A stretch of 64,000 nucleotides of DNA from Eledone cirrhosa. Taxonomy: Eukaryota. A model generated the notes under the pieces. The model was not told the DNA's origin. It saw nothing but the letters and a program-made list of their open reading frames with translations, and did not search any database. Each line of letters begins with the position of its first letter. The first letter of the stretch is position 1. Positions 27,301 to 39,937 of the stretch are shown here, one piece after another. A program made the translations under genes and the position numbers. The DNA is taken from assembly GCA_964016885.1 (NCBI GenBank), contig OZ024743.1:38068001-38132000 (forward strand), given 5' to 3'.

Positions 27301-27561
27301 ATATATATATATATATTTACATAAATGAATATATATATGCATATGTATATATGATGTTGATAAACACCAGAGAAACAAGTTCCACTATATTGTGTTTCTT
27401 TCCTTAGATTATATATTTTTCTTTATTTATTCTTCCTCAATAATTCTGAACATTTATCGGAGAAGTGATTTGGTCGATTCATAATTACTTCTGCAGAACT
27501 GGGACTTTTACTGTTAATAAATTATCATTATTAATATTTTCTATTGTTGATGCTGTTGTTT

Positions 27562-27567
27562 TTATTA

Positions 27568-27625
<58 letters not shown>

Positions 27626-27659
27626 CATTACCATTATCATTATTATTATTATTATTATT
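27562..27659. repeat. (TAT)n microsatellite
   Basis: Directly visible. Confidence 0.95.
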
Positions 27660-29512
27660 GTCATCAACAACAAAAGTATTGAAATAAAATAATTGTTTCC
27701 AGGTCATAAATTTTCATATTATTTTATATCAGCCATATAGATTTGTTTTATTACGACGACGATCCTATATAGAAAATTGATATTGCCTGGAGGATATACA
27801 CACATTGTTATTATCACAGATGGTTTAGTTTATAGAAAATTAAGAGAATATGAGAATATCCTGTCGAATTATATACAGAAATAAAGAAAATATAAAAAAA
27901 AATAAAAATAAAAATAAATCATGAAATATCCAATTTATCAATACCATTCCTAATCATCTAATAATATATATATTGAGGAAGTAGAAAAAATAGAATAATC
28001 TGGTGCACTAAATTAAACTAAATTCATATCGCCCATTCACTTGTGGCTCATTGTATTCTTTCAGGAAATATTGAAGGAGGGTAACATTTTCTGGGAGAAT
28101 CTCTATAAGTTATTTGCAAATGAACTTCAGGTTTCTAATATTTTTGACACAAAACATTTATGTGACTTTTCAATGATTATTTTATATTTAAATTTGAAAT
28201 TGGCAGCAGCAATATTTTGATTATCAGAAACTCGTATTTCAAAATATATTAAGACATGTCGAAGCCAAATGTAATGACTGCCCATGGGATTTACACCTAG
28301 ATTATTCCTCTCTTTGCCTCAAGCCTGGCTTTGTCGTTTTGTGGATGTACAACTATTTTCCAGTCGCCAATCACGATACCTCGTATGTCGTTCAATTGCA
28401 GTGTCATTGCAAACTCAGTAGACTAAAAGAACATGAAATACAATATCTTGCTTATGGACATGACTGGCTCCTAGTCAAGGAATTTAACTTACGATTCTAT
28501 GACGTTGACGGCAACATACTATCTACTAATTCATGTGCAAAATCTTTGAACAAGTATGTATTTATTTCACAACCATTCTTTAGTTAAAATCATAAAACTA
28601 ACTTTCTCCTTTTCTGGTTATCTATAGAAAAGGAGGTTCGATGACTGGGTTACTCATCTCGCCAGAAATAGCAGCCAAGTACCATAAAAACGCATCATTA
28701 AAAAAAAGAACAAGTAGACAATGCGATCCATGATGTAAATAAACGAGGTGTACCCCGACTGGAATGCGGATTAGTCATGGATTATATTGTACGGTTACTT
28801 AACAATCGATGGAGTCGTATACGTGCCATAGTGACATTCGCCCTCTCTTGGGCATGTTTAAGCCTTGAGGGAGAAAGAGAGAGAGAGAGAAAGAGAGAGA
28901 ATCACCCAAATAAAAGTCTGGTACTTTTTGTTCCTCGAGGGAATTTGAACACAGTGCTACAACGAATACCACAAATCCCTTTATCCAACGTTCTAACAAC
29001 TCTGCCAATTCTTCTTGGATCACTTATGCTAAACAATAATTGTGTTATTAATTAGATCACAGAAAATCCCATATGCCGCCATTAAATAACGTAATTCTCA
29101 GATGTGCTATTAACTGTATTTTGAATTGAGGTGTTAGCAGGAGAGTATTTCAAAACTCATGTAACGCCCTCGTACCTTCGTCATATTTAACTTAACATCA
29201 CTTAGTCAAGTATTTTAATTCAGATTTCAGATTTAATTCATAACAACACGAGTAGCGTGAGTTGTTAGAGAGACAGGGGTAGGTAATAATTCAGTTGCTG
29301 TTTGAATGTCAAGCTGTCCTTTTTTCTAATATTTCCGTTTTTATTTTTGTTCTTCCTTTACTGATGCTCATTTTCTTTTTGTTGTTCACGTTCGAGATAT
29401 TGTTGTTGTTGTTATTGTCGTTGGGCAGCCTTTGACGTTCTAACGTTGTTGTTGCTAACGCTGTTGTTGCTGCCAGTATTATTTTGTTGCGTGTATCACT
29501 TGTTGGTGTTAT

Positions 29513-29619
29513 CCCGCCGAGGTTGACTTTGCTTTTCATCTTTACAGGGTCGATAAAATAAAGTACCAGTAATACACTGGTTAATTGCTGGCCTTGTGCC
29601 TATCGTAGAAACAGTTATT
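29513..29619 (+). mobile_element. 5'-truncated tRNA-derived SINE
   Basis: CCCGCCGAGGTTGACTTTGC...GGCCTTGTGCC...TAGAAAC. Confidence 0.85.
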
Positions 29620-32139
29620 TGTTTTCGTCAGTTTCTGTTGTTGGGGTTGGTGGCGAAGATGGTGGCGGTTCTAATTCTGTTAATGGCGTTAATGTTATGG
29701 GGAAGTCTTCTGTATGATGCTGAAGAGAGAAAGTTCATTTGAAGTAATACAGTTCTTATATAATGCTGTTAATTAATGTTGGTTTGATATGTATACGCTG
29801 CGTATGGCACGTAGGATTCTAAACTTGAGTTTTAAATATCATTTAAGTAATTGTTTCTAATGTTAAATATCATTTAAGTAATGTTGATGGAATATATTTG
29901 ACACTGCTTTGTGAATTAAACATTCAGTTTGAATTCAACATTATATTATATTTACAAAATTTTACTTTAACATCTGGTTGTCCAATTAGCTTTTCTCTAT
30001 ATGATCATTGCTCCATGTCGTGTCACTGTATACATTTACTGAGTGCTAGTATAAATATTCATACTTATATGTCTAATAGCTTATTCTAAGTTAACATTTT
30101 TATATTGTTTCGGTTCAAAGCCCACTTAGATGGATAAAATGAAGTAGAACTGAGATCGATTTAGTTGACTTTCCTCATCTCCGAAATTGGCTGGTCACGT
30201 GTTTCTACTAGTAATCATTATTTTTCTATGAATCTGTTTTTGGTTTTAAAATTTTATTTAAATCATTTTTAGTTGTTATTTTGTTTCCCTCGTGACCTTC
30301 AAATATATATTTTACGTCATACTTTCATTCATATTTACCAAGTTCTGTAATAATCATATTTACTACATTTATTATATTGATATACATTAATTTCCATTCA
30401 TGTTCCCTCTTTCTCGTTTTACGATGTATATCAAAGGAACTTGTTTCTGCACATTTATTCTCTATTAAGGTAAAACTTAAGAATACTGCAGTAACACATT
30501 GTTCAGACATTGATTTCTTGAATAAAATACCGTCCATTAAATATGTTTACAATTCTCGTGTATTCATCTCCAGAGTTATCTTTCATTTCGTCTTCCCCCA
30601 TACCTTGCAAAGTAAACACCTATTTATATCCTTTATCCTATTCCACTGGTCATAATGCATTGTGATCTGACTTTTCCGTTCTTTACTATCTTCATTACAA
30701 ATGCCAATAGTAAATAACCTCACATTATATTTGTTGAACATCGTATAAAACGGCTTCAAACGTGCACCTCCTTCACACGTTTACAGTAAAGTATTTTGTC
30801 ATCCATTAACGTTTCCGGTTATTTCATCAGTTGTTTCTCAGACTAACGTTTTTAATTGCTGATGGAACTTTATCGTTAAATGTTATCTTCAGCAGGAATT
30901 TTTTATTCGTTCCGAGGAAAATGTTTGTCAGTTTAAATGTTTCACCATTTCCTCTTTAGATTATTATCAAATTCACAATTTCCGTCTTTAGAAATGTTAT
31001 TCTTCAGACCTTTCTCATGTTCTCTAACGATCATATTTCCCCCAGTTTAGTTTTCTGTTTCGGCGTTTATTGGATTATATGACTATGTTATATGATATGT
31101 TCGTTCCTTCGTTCCTATTTATATTACCATGAATTGAGGCGGCGTTGTAGTTGAAGGATATGAGATTTGAAGTTATTAGATCTCTGAATTGATCCTAATG
31201 TACGTCATCTTTAGTAATAGTGTTTTTCATAACCTCCGTTAAAGCCATACATTGTCCAGTGGATTGCAACTATAATTCAAAGATACATCTGTTTCAAATA
31301 TTATGTCACGTTCATTCGGTTTACAAATTACTTAACTCCGTAGGAGTTAATAGTATGAGGTCGGTCATTCTCTTGACCGAACAGCAGAACAGTGGATGCA
31401 GACTGATGATATATCAATTCTGTTACTTTTATATATAATTCTATTTTAGGATTTTTTGTGGACCTAGAAAGGGCATACGACCATATACTAAGGGACGTGA
31501 TGTGAAAGATATTACTGGAATATAAGGATCTTGTTGTTTTGAAGACCCTTTACGAATTCTCAAGAATGTGTTCGGATAATTGGTGGAACCATCCAATGTT
31601 ACCTCGGCTGTTCATAATATTCCTGAACATGATTGACATGCGCTGCCGGGCTGAAATTGATATTTATCTGCATTACCTGTTGCTCGTATGCTCATATTTC
31701 CAAATGTCGAGATAAGGAGTTATTTTTCCCACTCGATATATATGAGCGTTAGTGTACTATGGTTTTCGGGTTTAACTGAAAATATCTGTAATTTTTATCC
31801 TTTGCCTTCCGTCTTTTCCAGATCGATAAATAACGGATTGGTAGGAAAATACTTAATTCACACCTCACATCCTTTCACCGGAATAGTAGTAACATTTCTA
31901 CTAGATGTTGCAACCGACAGATAGTTTTGTAAATGGAAGGGTACTATCCATTTAGGATTTGTTTTTTGTTATTAATGGTATCTAACCGGAGCTCTGTGTC
32001 TAGTACAGGTAATCGATGGTTGGGGTGTTTGCTTGGGTAGTCTATAGTAACTCTAATACTCTGGTGGATGGAGTTAGCTATTTGCTGGATGCTTTCCATT
32101 GTGTTTTTCTCTAATTCCTGACCGTTCTCTATTAGATAC

Positions 32140-33470
32140 TATTAATAACAAAAAACAAATCCTCCATTCCCATTATGCCAAACCCATGACTTCCAAATAT
32201 CTGATCCACCGAAACTCAGCTGTTTCGGACCATACCAAGATCAACATACTGATTGCGGATTTGATACGGGTGATGAGAAACGTGTCCCGCATGTGCAACC
32301 CCGAAGAACTGGAGAGACACATACAACACTTCATCCACCGTATGCAGTTCTCTGGTTACAATCAGAGAGATAAAATCAAAGTGTATAGAGGAGCCAGAAC
32401 CAAATGGTAAAAAAATGGTAAATAATGACACAAATGGGACTTGCCCCTTGTATAGGAGAAAATTTTGGAATAGAATAGAAAGAACTAGGAATAAGACTAA
32501 TAGAATAAACTCATGGTATGATAACAATAAATACCAGAGTGTAATGTTCATCGATACAACCCCTAGAGGTGAATTAGCTTACAAATTTAGAAGGGCCCTA
32601 GATAAACATAAACTCAATATTAAGAGAGTAGAAAGACCAGGTACCTCCTCCATAAAAACACTTATTTGCAAGACATACCCTTTTCAAAGACCTCCCTGTA
32701 TAGATAAGAAATGTATAATCTGTAAATTAAGCCCCCATATTAACTGTAAAACAAGAAATGTAGTATATAGCATAAGATGTACTGAAGGACAATGTAGAGA
32801 TAAAAATATAGTGTACATAGGTGAGACAGCTCGTAGTAGAGGGGAACGGATAAATGAACACTGGCGAGACCTTCAAGATAGTAAAGAATCATCTGTACTC
32901 TACCAACATGCTAAAATAGAACATAAGGGTAAATTAGAGAACATAGAAATAAAAATAGAATCTACACACAGAAAAGACGCAATGCTTAGACAAATCACAG
33001 AGGCAATAAACATAAATGAATTACAACCAAAATTAAATAGAAAACATGAGTGGAACAGCAACATCACAACTTACAATTAAGGACAAAGTGAAAACACACA
33101 CGCACATAGAACAAACAACCAACCAGTAACATGTAAATAAACAAATAAATAAACGAATATAAACACACACAGACACCCGGATGTAACACATGCGCAAACT
33201 AAGCACACAACACACACACACAAACAAGATGGCGTAGGACAGAACAAAGGAGAGGGATAAAAAACAAAGAAAAAAATCCCCAGTCACCAAAGAGGTCACA
33301 GAATGTGTGACGAAAGAACTTTGACAATATATAAACAACCATCTGGTTGTGGAACCAACCAACCGTAAATTTATAAATTCCTAAATTTATAAATTTATTA
33401 TAATAAATTGAAGTGAAAGCGAGTGGTGCGTGTGTTTCTTATTGGCAACATAACCCTCCCAAAGTATAAC
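32140..33470 (+). mobile_element. 5'-truncated Penelope-like element (RT thumb, Cys linker, GIY-YIG, 3' UTR)
   Basis: ORFs 32099-32410 and 32415-33080: HYAKPMTS..IHRNSA, CIDKKCIIC..CKTRNVVYSIRC..YIGETARS..ERINEH..ITEAINI..PKLN. One frame break. Confidence 0.9.
33283..33325 (+). ncRNA. Decayed hammerhead in the PLE 3' region
   Basis: GTCA-CCAAAGA-G-GTCAC AGAATGT GTGAC-GAAAG AA CTT-TGAC: stems I and II are intact but the CUGANGA box is mutated. Confidence 0.55.
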
Positions 33471-33489
33471 AATATATATATACATATAT

Positions 33490-33628
33490 ATAGGAAAAAG
33501 TATGAACCCGGTGGCAGAGCTCAATCCGTTTCGATGGGTATTTCTGGACTAGTCAATCTATTACCCTAAGTATTGAGTACTCTGCTGCGTCATAGTCCAT
33601 CTGGTTCTTTACCACATTTCCTTCGTTA
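33490..33628. mobile_element. Hairpin-plus-tail family copy lacking its second arm
   Basis: First arm and apex are joined directly to the tail. Confidence 0.8.
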
Positions 33629-34048
33629 TATATATATATATAGAGTTATGTAATAAACAACATAAGGTGATTATTTCATTTACCAATGGTTTCTTGAAAG
33701 CAAACACATTTTGCTTTCAATCATTATAATGAAAACATCCTGGTGTATTTATTGACATTGGATTTTAAAAACGAAAATATAATCTATATGAAAGTGAGGC
33801 TGGAAAAGGAAGAAGGAAAGGAAAAATAAACACACATGCACACCAACAAACACATATACCTACATACATATATATACATACACATATATATATACATATA
33901 TATATATATACACATACATACACACATACATACATGTACAAATACACATACATATACATATACATACATACACACATATATATCCACATATCCATACATA
34001 CACAAAAATACACAAACACACACACACACACATGTGCATATATATATA

Positions 34049-34138
<90 letters not shown>

Positions 34139-34642
34139 TAAACGGAATAGAAAATGCTGACAAATTGTTCACAGTTGAAAAATAGTTTAATTAGGAATAA
34201 AAGAGTATTAGTATTTGTATTGGTTAGTATTCAGTTGTGATTTTAAGTTTTTACCTGTTGCGCATTTCTAAATCGATTTCTAAATGCTTTTCAAAAATAA
34301 TTTTGAGATAGAGCGTCCGTGTTGGTTGCTCTGATCTGATTTGTTTTGGGATTTCTACCTGTTTTTATGTTAAAAAAGTGGCTCCAGCTCTACTTGGTGT
34401 TGCAAAAATTCTTGTGGTCAAAACAATTTTGATTGGTCGTTAGATGTCATGTTAATGTGAAATATTTATTTTGCGCCATGACTGAGAAATGACTCTTTCA
34501 CAACAAATATGTGTGTGTTTTTGTGTGTGTGTAGTAGTAGTAAAGTGTTCGATGTTGTGATAATGGTTACCAGGGATGTGTGTGCGAACCGCAGCCTGTT
34601 GACAGTTCAAATGGCTATTAAGATAAGTGTGTGTGTGTGTGT

Positions 34643-34689
<47 letters not shown>

Positions 34690-35217
34690 TATAGCAGAGT
34701 AATTCGTGGTAGCGGGATGGTCAGTATGAATGTGTCTGTAAGGAGTGGGTGGTATTTCAGCATGTCAAAAGATATTTTTCAGGTTTTGTCTTATACGGAG
34801 AAGTGTGTGTGTGTGTGTGTGTGTGTGTATAAGTCTCTTTGTATGTTAATGTACGCGTGTGTATGTGTGTGTGTGTGTGTATGTATATATATGTGTGTGT
34901 GTGTGTGTGCGTCAGAATGTGTGTGTGTGTGTGTGTGGGTGGACCAGTATTTTTTTCCCCTGGTAAAATGGTGTACATTATTCGATATTTTCAGTAAAAT
35001 CGATTCTCTCAATAGAACATCAAAAATCTTAACAATAAAAGGTGTGAAATGATATTCACCATATATATATATATACATATATTCACTATATATATATATA
35101 TATTTTGTGTTGTACCGTAGAACATGTGTGTTTACGTATGTCATTGTGTTTATATGTGGGTAGATATGTGTGCTGATGTAGGTATGTATGTTGACGTGTG
35201 TATGTTGTGGGTTCGTC

Positions 35218-35897
35218 TTAGGGAGAAGTGTTTAGACGGGGTCCGTATTTGTTAATAAAGTAAGATTCCTTGCTGATGCGCTAGGTGTGGGTGGCATTAT
35301 CTTTAAATTTGTAGAGGGAAAAGATTCTGAAGTTGGGATGATTTTGGGCGGCACAGGTATCAATGTGTTCACTCAGTGGTATTTTCCTGTATTCCCGTAT
35401 TTTGGGATCTATGGACAGTCATGCGTTGGCGGAGGCTGTATTTGGTCTGGCCTATGTATTGTTCTCGACAACCTGAGCAAGTTAATACATATATTAGATT
35501 TTCCGATGCACATGTAAAATTGTGTTTTACTATAAAACGTTGTCCTTCTTTGAAATAGAATTCCGAACCCTCTATTAGGTTGATGCAAATGCCACAGTTG
35601 TGTCTATCGCATTTTTCTACTTTGGGTTTCGTTGTTCTGATTGGTAGTACTTTGGCAGGTGTTAGGATGTTTTTCATTGACTTTGATTGTCTTTTGCTCT
35701 TTATGATATCGAGTGTTCGTAGGATTTGGTTCATTCTATGGTCCTTTTTCAATACGGGGATGTTCTGGAGGATGGTGTCAAAGGCCTCATTTTTGAGGGC
35801 GTTGTGTGTGGAGATGTATGGAAGAGCTTTTAGTTTCGGTTGATTTACTTTAGGGTGTCTAAGTTCCTGGGTACTGAGTTTTAGGGCACGTTGGATT
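35218..35897 (-). pseudogene. Penelope GIY-YIG endonuclease fragment, array unit 1 (repeated in all 5 units)
   Basis: CDRHNCGIC..NFTCASENLIYVLTCSGCREQYIGQTK..LRQRMTVHR; continues after a frameshift as EHIDTC..KESYFINKYGPRLN. Unit 2 has an extra TAA at 38044. Confidence 0.9.
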
Positions 35898-36644
35898 CTT
35901 ATTAACAATGTGGTTCAATGCATCGTGTTGAAGAACAATAATATGAGATACGTGATATTTTAGTAAGTAAGTTAATTTTATAATTTTCTTATTTTACGTC
36001 TCTCATATATTTGTTCTGCAACCCCATGCATTGAACCACATTGTTAATAAGACGAAACCTATATATTTGATAGCATTGATATGCATCTGTGTGTATATAA
36101 ATGTTACTAGATATAAATTCCTTATAATTATCTCCAATTCATTTGTCGAGCAATATTTGGCCATGACTGCTACTATGGTAGTAAGCTAGCCGCTGTCTTA
36201 ATAACCACTCGCTTTCCACTGATTGACCTCGATGTCACGTGATTGATTCTTTTTGAATTTGCCACGGACGTAGAGGCAGTGATTTTGTCAATGGCTTGGA
36301 ATCCAGTCCACGCATCGCTATTTCCATTCCACTGAATTATTTTTTTAATAAGTTTCCAGTGTCCTCGCTATGCCTGGAGACCTATACGGAAAAAGACTTT
36401 CCTGATGACGGAATGATTTTCCATAAGTTTCTTCGGAAAATATATTTACTCCATTCCAGAAACTAATTAGTTGGAAGTGATTTTTTAGTAAGTAAGTTAA
36501 TTTTATAATTTTCTTATTTTACGTCTCTCATATTATTGTTCTGCAACCCCATGCATTGAACCACATTGTTAATAAGACAAAACCTATATATTTGCTAGCA
36601 TTGATATGCATCTGTGTGTATATAGATGTTACTAGATATAAATT

Positions 36645-36650
<6 letters not shown>
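35898..36650 (+). mobile_element. Retrozyme-like non-coding element (525-bp monomer + ~165-bp direct repeat + ~55-bp inverted 5' stub), array unit 1
   Basis: Direct repeat at 35961 and 36486, inverted stub at 35898-35953, internal hammerhead; homolog at 61294-61901. Confidence 0.85.
36396..36478 (+). ncRNA. Type I hammerhead ribozyme, array unit 1
   Basis: ACTTTC-CTGATGA-C-GGAATG...CATTCC-A-GAAAC TAATTA GTT-GGAAGT: 6-bp stem I, extended stem II, palindromic stem III. Confidence 0.85.
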
Positions 36651-36685
<35 letters not shown>

Positions 36686-37343
36686 TAAACGGAATAGAAA
36701 ATGCTGACAAATTGTTCACAGTTGAAAAATAGTTTAATTAGGAATAAAAGAGTATTAGTATTTGTATTGGTTAGTATTCAGTTGTGATTTTAAGTTTTTA
36801 CCTGTTGCGCATTTCTAAATCGATTTCTAAATGCTTTTCAAAAATAATTTTGAGATAGAGCGTCCGTGTTGGTTGCTCTGATCTGATTTGTTTTGGGATT
36901 TCTACCTGTTTTTATGTTAAAAAAGTGGCTCCAGCTCTACTTGGTGTTGCAAAAATTCTTGTGGTCAAAACAATTTTGATTGGTCGTTAGATGTCATGTT
37001 AATGTGAAATATTTATTTTGCGCCATGACTGAGAAATGACTCTTTCACAACAAATATGTGTGTGTTTTTGTGTGTGTGTAGTAGTAGTAAAGTGTTCGAT
37101 GTTGTGATAATGGTTACCAGGGATGTGTGTGCGAACCGCAGCCTGTTGACAGTTCAAATGGCTATTAAGATAAGTGTGTGTGTGTGTGTGTGTATCTGTG
37201 TGTGTGTGTGTGTGTGCGCGTGTGTGTGTGTGTATAGCAGAGTAATTCGTGGTAGCGGGATGGTCAGTATGAATGTGTCTGTAAGGAGTGGGTGGTATTT
37301 CAGCATGTCAAAAGATATTTTTCAGGTTTTGTCTTATACGGAG

Positions 37344-37404
<61 letters not shown>

Positions 37405-38934
37405 AGTCTCTTTGTATGTTAATGTACGCGTGTGTATGTGTGTGTGTGTGTGTATGTATATATATGTGTGTGTGTGTGTGGGTGGACCAGTATTTTTTTC
37501 CCCTGGTAAAATGGTGTACATTATTCGATATTTTCAGTAAAATCGATTCTCTCAATAGAACATCAAAAATCTTAACAATAAAAGGTGTGAAATGATATTC
37601 ACCATATATATATACATATATTCACTATATATATATATATATATATTTTGTGTTGTACCATAGAACATGTGTGTTTACGTATGTCATTGTGTTTATATGT
37701 GGGTAGATATGTGTGCTGATGTAGGTATGTATGTTGACGTGTGTATGTTGTGGGTTCGTCTTAGGGAGAAGTGTTTAGACGGGGTCCGTATTTGTTAATA
37801 AAGTAAGATTCCTTGCTGATGCGCTAGGTGTGGGTGGCATTATCTTTAAATTTGTAGAGGGAAAAGATTCTGAAGTTGGGATGATTTTGGGCGGCACAGG
37901 TATCAATGTGTTCACTCAGTGGTATTTTCCTGTATTCCCGTATTTTGGGATCTATGGACAGTCATGCGTTGGCGGAGGCTGTATTTGGTCTGGCCTATGT
38001 ATTGTTCTCGACAACCTGAGCAAGTTAATACATATATTAGATTTTACGATGCACATGTGAAATTGTGTTTTACTATAAAACGTTGTCCTTCTTTGAAATA
38101 GAATTCCGAACCCTCTATTAGGTTGATGCAAATGCCACAGTTGTGTCTATCGCATTTTTCTACTTTGGGTTTCGTTGTTCTGATTGGTAGTACTTTGGCA
38201 GGTGTTAGGATGTTTTTCATTGACTTTGATTGTCTTTTGCTCTTTATGATATCGTGTGTTCGTAGGATTTGGTTCATTCTATGGTCCTTTTTCAATACGG
38301 GGATGTTCTGGAGGATGGTGTCAAAGGCCTCATTTTTGAGGGCGTTGTGTGTGGAGATGTATGGAAGAGCTTTTAGTTTCGGTTGATTTACTTTAGGGTG
38401 TCTAAGTTCCTGGGTACTGAGTTTTAGGGCACGTTGGATTCTTATTAACAATGTGGTTCAATGCATGGTGTTGAAGAACAATAATATGAGAGACGTGATT
38501 TTTTAGTAAGTTAATTTTATAATTTTCTTATTTTACGTCTCTCATATATTTGTTCTGCAACCCCATGCATTGAACCACATTGTTAATAAGACGAAACCTA
38601 TATATTTGATAGCATTGATATGCATCTGTGTGTATATAAATGTTACTAGATATAAATTCCTTATAATTATCTCCAATTCATTTGTCGAGCAATATTTGGC
38701 CATGACTGCTACTATGGTAGTAAGCTAGCCGCTGTCTTAATAACCACTCGCTTTCTACTGATTGACCTCGATGTCACGTGATTGATTCTTTTTGAATTTG
38801 CCACGGACGTAGAGGCAGTGATTTTGTCAATGGCTTGGAATCCAGTCCACGCATCGCTATTTCCATTCCACTGAATTATTTTTTTAATAAGTTTCCAGTG
38901 TCCTCGCTATGCCTGGAGACCTATACGGAAAAAG

Positions 38935-39017
38935 ACTTTCCTGATGACGGAATGATTTTCCATAAGTTTCTTCGGAAAATATATTTACTCCATTCCAGAA
39001 ACTAATTAGTTGGAAGT
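38935..39017 (+). ncRNA. Type I hammerhead, array unit 2
   Basis: Same sequence as unit 1. Confidence 0.85.
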
Positions 39018-39183
39018 GATTTTTTAGTAAGTAAGTTAATTTTATAATTTTCTTATTTTACGTCTCTCATATTATTGTTCTGCAACCCCATGCATTGAAC
39101 CACATTGTTAATAAGACAAAACCTATATATTTGCTAGCATTGATATGCATCTGTGTGTATATAGATGTTACTAGATATAAATT

Positions 39184-39246
<63 letters not shown>

Positions 39247-39902
39247 TAAACGGAATAGAAAATGCTGACAAATTGTTCACAGTTGAAAAATAGTTTAATT
39301 AGGAATAAAAGAGTATTAGTATTTGTATTGGTTAGTATTCAGTTGTGATTTTAAGTTTTTACCTGTTGCGCATTTCTAAATCGATTTCTAAATGCTTTTC
39401 AAAAATAATTTTGAGATAGAGCGTCCGTGTTGGTTGCTCTGATCTGATTTGTTTTGGGATTTCTACCTGTTTTTATGTTAAAAAAGTGGCTCCAGCTCTA
39501 CTTGGTGTTGCAAAAATTCTTGTGGTCAAAACAATTTTGATTGGTCGTTAGATGTCATGTTAATGTGAAATATTTATTTTGCGCCATGACTGAGAAATGA
39601 CTCTTTCACAACAAATATGTGTGTGTTTTTGTGTGTGTGTAGTAGTAGTAAAGTGTTCGATGTTGTGATAATGGTTACCAGGGATGTGTGTGCGAACCGC
39701 AGCCTGTTGACAGTTCAAATGGCTATTAAGATAAGTGTGTGTGTGTGTGTGTGTATGTGTGTGTGTGTGTGTGTGCGCGTGTGTGTGTGTGTATAGCAGA
39801 GTAATTCGTGGTAGCGGGATGGTCAGTATAAATGTGTCTGTAAGGAGTGGGTGGTATTTCAGCATGTCAAAAGATATTTTTCAGGTTTTGTCTTATACGG
39901 AG

Positions 39903-39937
<35 letters not shown>

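Noticed and set aside
28065-28130. Plus-strand 66-nt candidate exon EILKEGNIFWENLYKLFANELQ
   Set aside because: Good acceptor but weak donor (GTTTCT) and no partner exons identified.
30300-32130. Coding-like minus-strand stretch and a ~30-bp inverted copy (31955-31986) of the PLE 5' junction
   Set aside because: Many stops and no diagnostic motifs; I cannot distinguish a decayed exon from a TE.
35369-35908. 179-aa ORF as a domesticated stand-alone GIY-YIG gene
   Set aside because: Its TTG start comes from the retrozyme stub, the nuclease C-terminus is frameshifted, and unit 2 has a nonsense codon.
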